In this document: positions 39,103 through 49,419 of the stretch, piece by piece
Layout: every line of letters begins with the position of its first letter
Numbering within the stretch: position 1 is the stretch's first letter
NCBI GenBank assembly: GCA_965261595.1
Contig: CBDHDG010000007.1
Coordinates: 480,001 to 544,000, forward strand
Source: a bacterium
GTDB lineage: Bacteria > UBA8248 > JACPRG01 > G963555815
Length of the DNA: 64,000 nucleotides
Direction: 5' to 3'
Translations under genes and position numbers: made by a program
Notes under the pieces: generated by a model
The model's input: only the letters and a program-made list of their open reading frames with translations
The model's database searches: none
What the model was told of the DNA's origin: nothing

Positions 39103-40185
39103 CTACTCCTTGTACTTGAACACCGGCGCCGCCCGGCGGCCGCGCTTGGGCAGCTTGATCCCGGGCAGGTAGGCGTTGGTGTAAAGCTCCGAGACGGAAG
39201 GCTTTTTCTTCAGCCTAAGAGGCTTGGCCAGGAAGTCGATGGTTTTCTGCCACCTCTCGTCGGTCATCCCCCCGAGCCCCTTCGCCCGGCCGCTCTTCGT
39301 GTACCAGAGGTCGCCCGTGATGTCCCAGACCTCGCGGTTGGATTGCTTTTCGCACACGGGACATTGCTTCATCAGGTAATTGATGGATTCATCCGGATTC
39401 TGAAGGGCGTAGGCGATCCCGCGGCCGGCGGCCTTCAAGAATTTTCGGACGTCCCCGCCCCTCTGCTCGAGCGTCTTGTCCAGAACAATGAGACCCGTGC
39501 CGTAAATTCTCAGGCCCTCGTTGGCAAGGGGAACAAAGTGGATCTCTTTTCCAACCTGCTTGGCCTTCCGGGACAGGATGGGGTACTGCGTGACGAAGCC
39601 GGTAGAGGCCAGGTACGCCCCGGCCAGCATTCCGGCGTCCCGCGCGGCGGGGGTTGTGTTCACAAACTTGACCTTCTTCAGGTCGTAGCCTTTGATGCCG
39701 TAAAGGAGCTTGATGCTCGGCCAGATGGCGTCGTTCTCCGGCGCGCCGATGCTCTTGCCCATGAGGTCCTTGAGCGAGTTGATCCCTCGGTCCTTGAGGG
39801 TCCAGACAACCATCGGCGGGATGTCGTGGTTCATCATCACCGTTTTGGACTTGACACCTTTTCTCCAAGCGATGATCTGGGAGATGGACGGCACGGACCC
39901 TCCCACGGTGTAGGTGCCCGCGCCCACCTTCGTCATCGTGGCCCCGCCGCCGAAACCGCGGATAATTTTGACGTTGTCCAAGCCCTCTTCTTGAAAAAAC
40001 CCCTTGTCGCGGGCCGTCAGCCACCCCAGGTCGCGCCCGTAGAACACCCAGCCGATGCTGAAGACGAAGTCCTTCTGGGCATGGACCATTTGCGGCGCCC
40101 AAACCCCGACCGCAAGCGTCGCGGCCAGGAAACCGGAAACGCCCAGGAGCAACAACCGACGCATTTTCGATTCTCGCCTTCGCAT
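39103..40185 (-). CDS. ABC transporter substrate-binding protein, NMT1/THI5/SsuA-like
   Basis: Signal peptide; KGFFQEEGL, GINSLKDLMGKSIG, LYTNAYLP. Confidence 0.85.
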   Translation of the reverse strand: MRRRESKMRRLLLLGVSGFLAATLAVGVWAPQMVHAQKDFVFSIGWVFYGRDLGWLTARDKGFFQEEGLDNVKIIRGFGGGATMTKVGAGTYTVGGSVPSISQIIAWRKGVKSKTVMMNHDIPPMVVWTLKDRGINSLKDLMGKSIGAPENDAIWPSIKLLYGIKGYDLKKVKFVNTTPAARDAGMLAGAYLASTGFVTQYPILSRKAKQVGKEIHFVPLANEGLRIYGTGLIVLDKTLEQRGGDVRKFLKAAGRGIAYALQNPDESINYLMKQCPVCEKQSNREVWDITGDLWYTKSGRAKGLGGMTDERWQKTIDFLAKPLRLKKKPSVSELYTNAYLPGIKLPKRGRRAAPVFKYKE

Positions 40186-40244
40186 TGATTTTCCCTCCAT
40201 TCGGTGATCGAAATACTGGTTCCGAGCCGCGATCGCGCGACCGA

Positions 40245-40492
40245 TCAGCTCACCACGCCCACCGCCCGGACGGGACTTCCGTCGGCCCCGGCCATCGGAA
40301 GCGGAGAGGCGATAATTTGAATCCCGTTCTCGGGGAGCCGATGTGGACGCTCATCGAGAATTTGCAGTTGTGGCGGAAACGCGTCTTCAGCCGCGCGAAC
40401 ACCTCCAGACCAAAATCCGGATGGCTCGGCGGATGGAAGTCGCTGAAGGTCTCGTCCAGCGGCAGGGTGAGATCGATGATCCTCACGGCCAC
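40245..40492 (-). pseudogene. cyclase/kynurenine formamidase family gene with large internal deletion
   Basis: N-terminal IIDLTLPL..SMSVHIG fused out of frame to C-terminal SPLPMAGADGSPVRAV. Confidence 0.7.
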
Positions 40493-40786
40493 GGCTCTCC
40501 AATTGTGCACGTAAATCCCATTTAACAGAAACGCGAGCGCCGGAGTCAAGGGATATGGACGATGTGAGGCCCCCCGGTCCCCCCCCCCCCCCGAGTCCCC
40601 ACGCCGAGGGTGCGTTTCCTGTCATGGATGCCCGCGTAAATGGTATCCTGTTCCGCGATGGGCCTCTGATCGCAGGTTGGTGCGGGCAATCACCCACGAT
40701 CTTGCGATACGGCGGGTCGGCCCTTCCACCGGGTCTTTCCGCGGCCGCCTTGACCGCCGCGTCCCCTATCCGATTAGAGTGACCGC

Positions 40787-41479
40787 ATGAAGCTTTCCAT
40801 CGTCATGCCCGTCTACAACGAGCGCGACACCATCGAGGAGATCCTCCGGCAGGTCATGGCCCTGGAGCTGGAGAAAGAGATCATCCTGGTGGACGACTGC
40901 TCGACGGACGGAACCCGCGAGTGGCTCCGGGAACGGAAAGAGGGGGGGGGGGATGGGCTCCGGGTGCTGTACCACGAGCGGAACAGCGGGAAGGGGGCCG
41001 CGCTGAGAACGGGGTTCGCCCACGTCACGGGCGATGTGGTCGTCCCCCAGGACGCCGATCTGGAGTACGACCCGCAGGACCTCATCCGGCTGATGGAGCT
41101 CTTCAAGCGGGGCGTGGCCGACGCCGTTTACGGGTCCCGGCTGATGGGGGGCGCACCGCAGCGCGTCCACCTCTTCTGGCACAAGGTGGGCAACGGCCTC
41201 CTCTCTTTCCTCACCAACCTCCTGTTCAACTCCACGCTGAGCGACATGGAGACCTGCTACAAGATGATCCGGGCGGACGTTCTCCGCGATCTGAACCTGG
41301 TCTCCAACGGCTTCTCCATCGAGCCCGAGATCACCGCCAAGATTCTCAAGCGCAAGCTGCGGGTTTACGAGATGCCCATCTCCTATTACGGCCGGACGTA
41401 CGAGGAAGGGAAGAAGATCACCTGGTTGCATGGCTTCGAGGCGCTGTGGACCCTGCTCAAATACCGGTTCGTGAGCTGA
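40787..41479 (+). CDS. GT2 glycosyltransferase (polyprenol-phosphate sugar synthase-like)
   Basis: SIVMPVYNE, VDDCSTDGT, GKGAA, QDADLEYDP, DMETCYK. Confidence 0.92.
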   Translation: MKLSIVMPVYNERDTIEEILRQVMALELEKEIILVDDCSTDGTREWLRERKEGGGDGLRVLYHERNSGKGAALRTGFAHVTGDVVVPQDADLEYDPQDLIRLMELFKRGVADAVYGSRLMGGAPQRVHLFWHKVGNGLLSFLTNLLFNSTLSDMETCYKMIRADVLRDLNLVSNGFSIEPEITAKILKRKLRVYEMPISYYGRTYEEGKKITWLHGFEALWTLLKYRFVS

Positions 41480-41488
41480 GGACCCGCG

Positions 41489-42880
41489 TTGGACGCACCT
41501 CGAAACGCCCATTCCTCGGATTGGTTTCCCGCCCGCGGTCGCGCGAACGGCCCGCTTTTGCGAGACCTGTTCTATTTGGCCCTGGCGATCCGGGCGCTGG
41601 CGCTCATCCCCGTCCTCTGGGCGTTCGCGGCGGGAGAGCCGCCCTACCTGGGCGGGGACTGGGGCGCGTTTCATGAATGGGCGAAGGGCATCCTCTCCGG
41701 CGCCGGCATGCTCGCCGACGGCCTCCCCACGGCCGAGTATGCGCCCCTTTATCCGCTTTTCATCGCCGGCGTTTACGCGATAGCGGGGGTTTCTCCCTGG
41801 GCCGTCCTGGTTGCGCAGACGGTCGTGGGCGCGCTGGCCTGTCCCATCATCGCGGCCGCCGCCGGGGATTTGGGCGGGGGGGCCGGGGGGATCGGCAGAA
41901 AATGCGCCACCGTCGCCGGCCTTCTCTACGCCCTCTATCCGCCTTTTATCAAGGCGGAGCATCTCGTCATGACGGAATCCCTGTACGTCTTTTGGGTGAT
42001 CGCGTGCCTGTGGGTCCTGGTCCGGCTCAACCGTAGGTTCTCCTGGGGCGGGATGGCCCTGCTGGGTCTGGCGGGCGCGCTCGGCTCTTTGACGAAGCCG
42101 TCCCTTGCGATCTTCCCGGTGGTATGCGGTGCGGCCCTGGTGGTCCGGGACTGGGCCCGGACGAAAGATTTTTGGAGACCGGCCGGCAAGGGCCTCGTCA
42201 TGGCGCTGGTCTTCGCGGCGGTTCTCTCCCCCTGGGTGGTCCGGAACTACGGGATTTTCGGCCGGTTCGTCCCCCTGGGGACGGAGGGGGGGGCCGTCTT
42301 CTACGACGGCGTCAACCTCAAGGACGGCTGGAAGCCGGGGTTCCGGACGAAGGACGAGGTCACGGCCCGGGCCGCGCGGATCGCCTCCGAGCCGGAGCGC
42401 AGCGCGTTCCTGATGAGGGCCGGTCTGAAGAAGATCGTCTCCGATCCGTCCCGGCTGCCTCGGCTTCTCGCCGTCAAGGCCGCCTTTTTCTGGAGCCCGT
42501 TCGATTGGGAGATCTTCCTCGGGGGAACGTACAGCTTCGGGTTCGTGTTCCTTCTTCCGTTCGCGGTCTGCGCCTTTTTCAAGCGCCGGCCCGCCGGCGG
42601 AATGGGCCGGGAGGACGGCTGGAGGGCTTCGGCGCTCTGGCCGGCCTGGGGGATCGTGATCTACTACTTTCTCCTGGGCATTGCCTTCATCGGCTCGCCC
42701 CGGTTGCGGCTTCCGGCCGAGGCGGGCATCCTGATCCTGGCGGCCCTGGGGGTCGTCCGGTTTCTGGAGACCTCCCGGCGCGGGACGCTCTGGACGGCCT
42801 CGGGGGCCTGGCTGGCGGTGAACCTCCTGGTCTTCTTTCTCTCGGACGCCCTGCGGTCTATGCTGAGGGGGATTTTTTGA
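41489..42880 (+). CDS. ArnT/PMT-like (GT-C, GT39/83) membrane glycosyltransferase
   Basis: PTAEYAPLYPLF, MTESLY, PWVVRNY; many TM segments. Confidence 0.82.
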   Translation: MDAPRNAHSSDWFPARGRANGPLLRDLFYLALAIRALALIPVLWAFAAGEPPYLGGDWGAFHEWAKGILSGAGMLADGLPTAEYAPLYPLFIAGVYAIAGVSPWAVLVAQTVVGALACPIIAAAAGDLGGGAGGIGRKCATVAGLLYALYPPFIKAEHLVMTESLYVFWVIACLWVLVRLNRRFSWGGMALLGLAGALGSLTKPSLAIFPVVCGAALVVRDWARTKDFWRPAGKGLVMALVFAAVLSPWVVRNYGIFGRFVPLGTEGGAVFYDGVNLKDGWKPGFRTKDEVTARAARIASEPERSAFLMRAGLKKIVSDPSRLPRLLAVKAAFFWSPFDWEIFLGGTYSFGFVFLLPFAVCAFFKRRPAGGMGREDGWRASALWPAWGIVIYYFLLGIAFIGSPRLRLPAEAGILILAALGVVRFLETSRRGTLWTASGAWLAVNLLVFFLSDALRSMLRGIF

Positions 42881-42905
42881 GGCGACGCATTTTGAATTCG
42901 GCCGA

Positions 42906-42993
42906 TTGTTGGGGGCGGGTACAGAGCCCCGCCCCTACACGCGAACGCCTTCACGATTACTCAATTGTAGGGGCGGGGCTTCAGCCGGGGGGC
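42906..42993. repeat. REP doublet, family 1
   Basis: 34 bp identical to 4695-4728, followed by an inverted GTAGGGGCGGGGC. Confidence 0.8.
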
Positions 42994-43026
42994 TGTATGT
43001 ACCCGGTCGTCTAAGGAGGAAGGACG

Positions 43027-44016
43027 CTGAGCTGGCGGGATAAGAAGGTTTTGGTCACCGGGGCGGGCGGATTCATCGGGAGCCACCTGGTCGAGGGGCT
43101 TCTGCGCGAGGGGGCGCGGGTCCGGGGGCTGGTCCGGTACAACTCCCGGGGCGGCGCCGGGTTCCTCTCCGAATCCGCGGCGGAGCACGGCGACCGTCTG
43201 GAGATCATCCACGGCGATCTCAACGTCGAGGAGACCGTCCGCAAGGCCGTCCGGGGCATGGAAGTCGTCTTTCATCTCGCGGCCCTCATCGGCATCCCGT
43301 ACTCCTACGTCCATCCGGCCGAGGTCGTCCGGACCAACGTTATCGGGACGCTCAATGTCCTCCTCGCGGGACGGGACGAGGGAGTCGACCGTGTCATCCA
43401 CACGTCGACCAGCGAGGTGTACGGCTCGGCCGTCTCCGTTCCCATCGCCGAGAGCCATCCCCTTCAGCCCCAATCGCCCTACTCGGCGTCGAAGATCGGC
43501 GCTGACGCCGTCGCCCTCAGCTTTCAGAACGCCTTCGACCTGCCGGTCGCCGTCATCCGGCCCTTCAACGTCTACGGCCCCCGCCAGTCGGCCCGGGCGG
43601 TGATCCCGGCCGTCATCGTCCAGGCGCTCACGCGGGACGTCGTCCGTATCGGCGCGACGCATCCCACCCGGGACCTGACGTTCGTCGGCGACACGGTCCG
43701 GGGGTTCATGGCGATGGGCGAGGTCCCCGGCGCCATCGGGCAGACCGTCAACATCGGCTCAGGGTTCGAGATCTCGATTGGCGAATTGGCCGAAAAGATC
43801 ATCGAGCGCGTCGGCCGTCCCGTCCGGCTGGAGACCGACGCCTCCCGCCTGCGTCCCGCCAAGAGCGAGGTCACGCGCCTTTGGGCGTACAACAAGAAGG
43901 CCAAGGACCTGCTCGGCTGGGAACCCGAAGTCTCCCTGGATGAGGGCCTCGACCGGACCATCGCGTATATCAAAGACCACCTGGACGATTACGACCCGGA
44001 CCGCTACGCGGTGTAG
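43027..44016 (+). CDS. NDP-sugar epimerase/dehydratase (extended SDR)
   Basis: TGAGGFIG, HLAALIGIPYSY, YSASK; RBS points to a CTG start at 43027 (ORF track: 43051). Confidence 0.9.
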   Translation: MSWRDKKVLVTGAGGFIGSHLVEGLLREGARVRGLVRYNSRGGAGFLSESAAEHGDRLEIIHGDLNVEETVRKAVRGMEVVFHLAALIGIPYSYVHPAEVVRTNVIGTLNVLLAGRDEGVDRVIHTSTSEVYGSAVSVPIAESHPLQPQSPYSASKIGADAVALSFQNAFDLPVAVIRPFNVYGPRQSARAVIPAVIVQALTRDVVRIGATHPTRDLTFVGDTVRGFMAMGEVPGAIGQTVNIGSGFEISIGELAEKIIERVGRPVRLETDASRLRPAKSEVTRLWAYNKKAKDLLGWEPEVSLDEGLDRTIAYIKDHLDDYDPDRYAV

Positions 44017-44514
44017 GGGGCTGCGCTGAGCAGTTGGTGTCATTCCGAGAGCAACGAGGAATCTCGCCTTGGTTCAAGCCCTTCAGGGCGGCGCCCCGTG
44101 GAGAGATCCCGCGATGGCGTTTTCCGATGTCTCGCTAAGACGAAGATCCTATTTTGAGGACCACATATTCCTTAATCCACTGATTTTATTGTGATTCAGC
44201 CTTTGGGTTTGGATCGTACTTTTACATTGTGCGCGGCCCCCCCCCTCCTAATCGGTGTGACCGTCCATCCTTCGGCAAGCCGGGCATCATGTCATCCATC
44301 GGTAGGCCGGGCATCCTGCCCGGCTGTATGGAACAATTCGGGTCTCGAAACGCAATGCCATTGACCAGACACCCCACCAACTCGCGTACCAGTCGCCCTT
44401 TCTTTGAAGCAGGGATTGGGCGGTTTTGGTTGTATTGGCTGAAAAGGTTCATAGGATTGAATTTAGGAAATATAAAGCGAAAGTCAAATCATCTGCGGCG
44501 GGCCCCACGTCACC

Positions 44515-44922
44515 CAGGGTAATGTCACGAGTTTTGTGTAGAAGTGCAGAGAGGGTTTGTCTCCCACTAGGTGTTAATGCGGTGGAACACGCTGTAGGCG
44601 ACGCGTTCCAGGGACTCGTTGTTGTTCATGACGGTCATGGGTCTGGTTCTTCGTCTCACCTCCCGAAAGACCCGCTCAATGGGGTTTATCGTGCGCAGGG
44701 TGACCCGAAGGGCGGGGGGCTCTTGGAAGTGGGCCAACAACGTCTCGAGGTCGCTCTCGATGCACGCCACCGCCTTGGGCTCCCGCCCTCGCCACTGCTT
44801 GGCACATCGCCAAAAGGCGGCGATGGCCGCCCGGCGGCTGTGGGCCTCGTAGATCCTTTGTGCGCCCGAGACCACCGCCTCCTGGTTGCGCTTTCGGACC
44901 TTCTTCACGACGTTTTGCATCT
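44515..44922 (-). pseudogene. IS256-family transposase 3' remnant with end sequence
   Basis: RTINPIERVFREVRRRTR; internal stop; TACACAAAA..TGACA end. Confidence 0.78.
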
Positions 44923-45127
44923 TGATTCATCCGTAAAGCCGTTCTTTCCAGCCGTGAGGTCCTATTATCCTATTGATATTATTGAGAATATATATGATTT
45001 CCAATCTCATTCAGAACCTGCCTTCTGCAGTCCGTAATCAAAATGAAAGCGGATTCGTTAAAACTCCTGCGCATCTCGGCGAGTCCCTGTCGGTAACCGT
45101 TCGGACGGGCCGTGATGGGGGGTTAAT

Positions 45128-45445
45128 TTAGCTGTTGAGGGTTCGTTTCCAATTTTTTTTGAGGGGGCGGAGCCAGATATCCTTTTTCGGTTGGGCGCGT
45201 CTCGTGTACCTGTCGTAGCGTCCGCGTCCCTGGGTGGTTCCGACGTGGGTCCATCCCGATGCCCTGTAGACGGCGCCGGTGTAGCGGGGGGTCTCGACGA
45301 AGGTTTCGATGAGCACGGGGGTGGTGTTGTAGCGCTCGGCCCAGTCCTGGGGCAGGCGACGGCGGACGATGGCGAGGATGTGCGAGCCCAGGTTGGGGAT
45401 CTTGATCCAGGGCAGGATGAGGAACCTCGGGTTGTCGACCACGAG
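45128..45445 (-). pseudogene. DUF4338 (DruA-like, IS-associated) C-terminal fragment
   Basis: RFLILPW..NLGSHIL, ETFVE..RYTG..YRASGW..VG.T.GRG; cut by an IS3 element. Confidence 0.75.
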
Positions 45446-46857
45446 TGGAGTTACCCCGTTTTTGTGGACACCTTCAGACTGTGCGGAGGAGGTGTTCAGA
45501 TGCCGAAAACTCATTCACCCTACGCGCCGGAGTACCGGCGCCAGATGGTTGAGCTGGTTCGCTCGGGGCGTACGCCCGGGGAGCTGGCCCTGGAGTTCGA
45601 GTGTTCCGCTTCGGCGATTCGCAACTAGGTGCGCCAGGCCGACCGCGACGAGGGCCGTCGTGAGGACGGTCTGACAAGCTCAGAGCTCGAGGAGCTACGG
45701 CGGCTTCGTCGGGACAATCGTCAGCTTCGCGAAGAACGCGAGATACTGGCAAAAGCTACGGCCTGGTTCGCTCGGGAGACCGGCTCGGTCCGGGCGAAGT
45801 CTTCGAGCTCGTGAAGGCGAATCAGGCCCATCATCGGGTGGCCACGATGTGCCGGGTGCTGGGCGTCTCCCCCAGCGGGTACTACGCGTGGCGAGGCCGT
45901 GGGCGTTCTCCTCGTGCGAAGCGCGACGAGGTGTTGGGGGGCACGATACGGGCCATCCACGAGGCATCTGGTGGCACCTACGGGGCGCCTCGGGTTCATG
46001 CCGAGCTGATGGCCGGCGGCTGCCGGGTGAGCCGAAAACGGGTGGCTCGTCTGATGCGCGAGGCAGGGTTGGCCGGGGTGAGCCGACGCCGAGGCATGCG
46101 CACTACGCGCGTGGACCAGAGCCATTGTGTGGTCCCGGACCGGGTCGAACGCCAGTTCCAGGCCGATGGGCCGGACCGAATCTGGGTGGCCGACATCACC
46201 TACGTGCCGACCTGGGCGGGGTTCGTGTACTTGGCCATCGTGCTCGACGTGTTCAGCCGCCGGGTGGTGGGATGGTCGATGGCCCATCATCTTCGCACCG
46301 AGCGGGTGCTCGGGGCGCTCAACATGGCGCTGGGACAGCAGCCGGCCCTATAGGGTCGTGCATCATTCGGACCGGGGAACGCAGTACACTTCGCTCGCCT
46401 TTGGCAAGCGTTGCCGGGAGATGGGGGTGCTTCCATCGACCGGGTCGGCCGGGGACTGCTTTGATAACGCCATGGCCGAGAGCTTTTTCGCCGCGCTGGA
46501 GTGCGAGATCATCGACCGGCGTTCGTTCCGTACCCAGGCCGAAGCGCGCATGGCGATCTTCCAATTCATCGAAGGCTGGTACAACCCACGCCGCCGGCAC
46601 TCCGCCCTGGGTTACCTCAGCCCCAACGACTACGAGCGGTCCGCGGCGAAGGAAACGCCACGTGCAGTGCGCAACGCTCATCGTCCGGCTCGAGCCGGCC
46701 CCGGTGCTTCCCGGAGCAGCGAGCCAAAGGTCAAGACATACCCCCCGGGGGCACCCTGTCTATCGGATCGGGAGAAGACTGTACGTCCACCGGCTGTCGC
46801 CCACCTCAGGGCTGGGGACGACAGCCCTAAACTGTCCACTGAAACGGGGTAACTCCA
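45446..46857 (+). mobile_element. IS3-family element ISc (degenerate relative of ISb)
   Basis: 16-bp perfect IR TGGAGTTACCCCGTTT; orfA 45500-45814 has TAG at 45626; orfB frameshifted near 46350; no TSD. Confidence 0.88.
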
Positions 46858-47288
46858 CTTCGTCATTTTGCCCTTGTGTGGACTCCGCTTAGGGTCGCTA
46901 GACAGGCACCGGGCATCATCGCTTGATTCTCTCCAAGATAAGGGCAAATGTCTTCCTGGATACACCGACCTCGGCCAACTGGAAGGTGATGTGGCGGGCG
47001 TACCGCACGAGCCGGCCGCCCATTTTGAGGAGCTTAAGCTGAAGGCCGCGTAACGACCAGTGCTTGATCCCTCTCGGCAGGCCAGCAATCCCGCATCCGA
47101 AGTCATTCTGGTTCCGTGAAACTCAAGCCTCAGCCGACGCTCAAAACGGACCTTCAACGCCCACTTTTTCGCTTCACCCATTGGATTACCCCGCGAGAGG
47201 ATGGCTCGGGGAGGCTCATGCATTGATTTTACTCCAGAAAATGTCCTCCGGTCCGACAAAAGTTATGATCCATATGGGATATCTGGGG
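46858..47288 (-). mobile_element. IS1380-family remnant with internal deletion
   Basis: N-terminal LEFHG..TSDAGLL joined to C-terminal LKMGGRLVRYAR..FQLAE; end CCCAGATATCCCATATGG. Confidence 0.75.
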
Positions 47289-47453
47289 TAAATACGACCA
47301 TTCGGTAACTTTTGAATGGGATTTGCATTACGAATTATCAATTAAGCTATCTCACTTAGTTTTAGATTAATGACTATGTGTGCGGATTAATTTCAGTCTT
47401 CATATATAGTATAAATTACCCGTTTGTGGGTCACTCGATCGGGAGAAATATCC

Positions 47454-48194
47454 ATGTCCACACCGAAAATTCTCTTCATTGATGACGAAGAAAACATTCG
47501 CACCTTTGTTCAGGTTAGTCTTGAGGTCATCGCCGGGTTTGAGGTTCTTCTGGCTTCCAGCGGCGCCGAGGGGCTTGAAATGGCCGCCCGGGAAAAGCCC
47601 GTCGCCATTTTGCTGAATGTCGTCATGCCCGACATGGAGGGTCCGGAAGTTCTGGAGAAGCTGAGGCAGGATGAGCGCTGCGTCGGCATTCCGGTCATTT
47701 TCCTGACCGCAAGATCCAGGTTGGCGCAGATCGAGCATCTGAAATCGCTCGGTGCCCTGGAGGTCTTGGCGAAGCCGCTCCACCCCATGGAATTCGCGGA
47801 GAATGTGCGGCGGATCATCTCCCGGTTTCATCCCTTCCAATCAGACAAACTCACCCTTTTGGACCTGGAAGAGCGCTATCTCCAGCGGCTGGAGGGGCGG
47901 GTTCAAGACCTCAGGGCGCGATTTGGAGAATTGAAAGAGCGCGAGGGCGGCGCGCCCCCGAGTGAGGGCCTTCAGAAAACGAAGGAAGTCCTGCTCTACC
48001 TGGCCAACGCGTTTCACAGTCTCGCCGGCAGCGGGACAACGCACGGGTTCGCGGCGATCCGCCGGGTCGCGGGTTCGGCGGAAAGCTGTATCCTGGGCCA
48101 CCTGGAAATGGAGGCCGAGCTGTCGGGCGAGGCGATGGCCAAGATCAGTGCGTACATCGATGAGCTGGACCGCTATCGGAAGATCGCCGTTTAG
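47454..48194 (+). CDS. response regulator receiver (Asp->Asn) fused to HPt domain
   Basis: IDDE, ILLNVVMP, FLTA, KP; HPt motif FHSLAGSG..GF. Confidence 0.85.
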   Translation: MSTPKILFIDDEENIRTFVQVSLEVIAGFEVLLASSGAEGLEMAAREKPVAILLNVVMPDMEGPEVLEKLRQDERCVGIPVIFLTARSRLAQIEHLKSLGALEVLAKPLHPMEFAENVRRIISRFHPFQSDKLTLLDLEERYLQRLEGRVQDLRARFGELKEREGGAPPSEGLQKTKEVLLYLANAFHSLAGSGTTHGFAAIRRVAGSAESCILGHLEMEAELSGEAMAKISAYIDELDRYRKIAV

Positions 48195-48440
48195 CGCCAT
48201 TCTCGTGTGTTCCCGGCTCTCGCGCCGTGTGCCGGCGCAGGCGCGAATGCCCGTTTTGAAACCGGCTTCTCGGGGGGAGGCGTTTGGCCGAACCCCTATC
48301 GCGGTTCCGTAGACCGTATGGGCGAGACCGGCCCCCGGTGCGGATGTACAATTGCGCGCGGAGTTCGGCGCGTGTATGTTGAGGGTGGACTTGGGTCCGC
48401 GGCGGTGAAACCGGCCGCCCGAATTTTTGCTGACTTTGTC

Positions 48441-48502
48441 TTGACAGAAGGGCCGAATCCCAAACATTATATAACCCGTGTAGGCTGTGATTTATTTCAC
48501 AA
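48441..48502 (+). promoter_or_regulatory. putative sigma70 promoter plus Rex/CRP-type palindrome for the cox operon
   Basis: TTGACA-N18-CATTAT; TGTGA-TTTATT-TCACA at 48486-48501. Confidence 0.6.
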
Positions 48503-48678
48503 GATGAAGCGTCCGGAAAGCGGAGGTTCATGCGTCGAATCTCGGCGGCGGTCGGGGAATACCGCACTTTCGTTCTGAACGGACGAGTTTTCGGAGGGAA
48601 TGTCACCGGGTCGGTCGGGTTCTGAGGGGGCGCCGTCGTTATCACTTCGCCGAACAGGCAAGAAAAAGGATACGGGAC

Positions 48679-49419
48679 ATGCGCAGAAGTCTAATCGGTT
48701 TCATCGCACTCGGATTGAGCGTGGCTCTCGTGGCGCCCGCCTCGGCCTACAAATCGAAAAAGGGCATCGAAGGAGGAACCATCGCGGGCGTGGTGAAGTT
48801 TGACGGAACGCCGCCCGCTCCAATGAAGCTCGAGGTCAACAAGAACCCGGAAGTCTGCGGCAAAAATCCGATCTTTGATGAAAGCCTGGTGGTGGGCGAA
48901 GGCGGCGGCATCCGTTGGGCGGTCGCCCGGCTCATCGATATCAAGAGCGGGAAGAAGTGGAGCAAAAAGGTTTGGGGCAAGAAGAAGGCGGTCATCGATC
49001 AAAACGGGTGCTTTTTCTCCCCGCATGTCTTGCTCCTGAAAAGAAAGCGGTCCCTGACGATCTTGAACAACGACGGGCTCCTCCATAACTTCCATAGCTT
49101 CCCCGAGGTGAACAAGGGCGTGAACCGGGCGCAGCCCAAGTTCCTGAAGAAGATGACCCTGAAGGGGAAGAAATACTTTTCAAAGCCCGAGATTCTCACC
49201 GTCAAGTGCGACGTTCACGGCTGGATGAAGGGCGTCGTCGTAGTGGCCGAGCACCCCTACTACGCGGTGACCGGAGCGGACGGCAAGTTCGAGCTGACCC
49301 GTGTTCCACCCGGCGAATACAAGCTCGAGATCTGGCACGAGACCCTGGGCGTATCGGTCCAGGCGGTGACGGTCAAGGCCAATGAAACAGCGACCGTTGC
49401 CGTAAGCCTGAAGAAATAG
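48679..49419 (+). CDS. exported cupredoxin-like/carboxypeptidase-regulatory-like domain protein
   Basis: Signal peptide; DQNGCFFSPH, LHNFH, KCDVHGWM, HPYYAVT, WHETLG. Confidence 0.8.
   Translation: MRRSLIGFIALGLSVALVAPASAYKSKKGIEGGTIAGVVKFDGTPPAPMKLEVNKNPEVCGKNPIFDESLVVGEGGGIRWAVARLIDIKSGKKWSKKVWGKKKAVIDQNGCFFSPHVLLLKRKRSLTILNNDGLLHNFHSFPEVNKGVNRAQPKFLKKMTLKGKKYFSKPEILTVKCDVHGWMKGVVVVAEHPYYAVTGADGKFELTRVPPGEYKLEIWHETLGVSVQAVTVKANETATVAVSLKK

Noticed and set aside
45128..45445. Druantia defence system
   Set aside because: Only a DUF4338 fragment amid IS debris; no druE or other dru genes.
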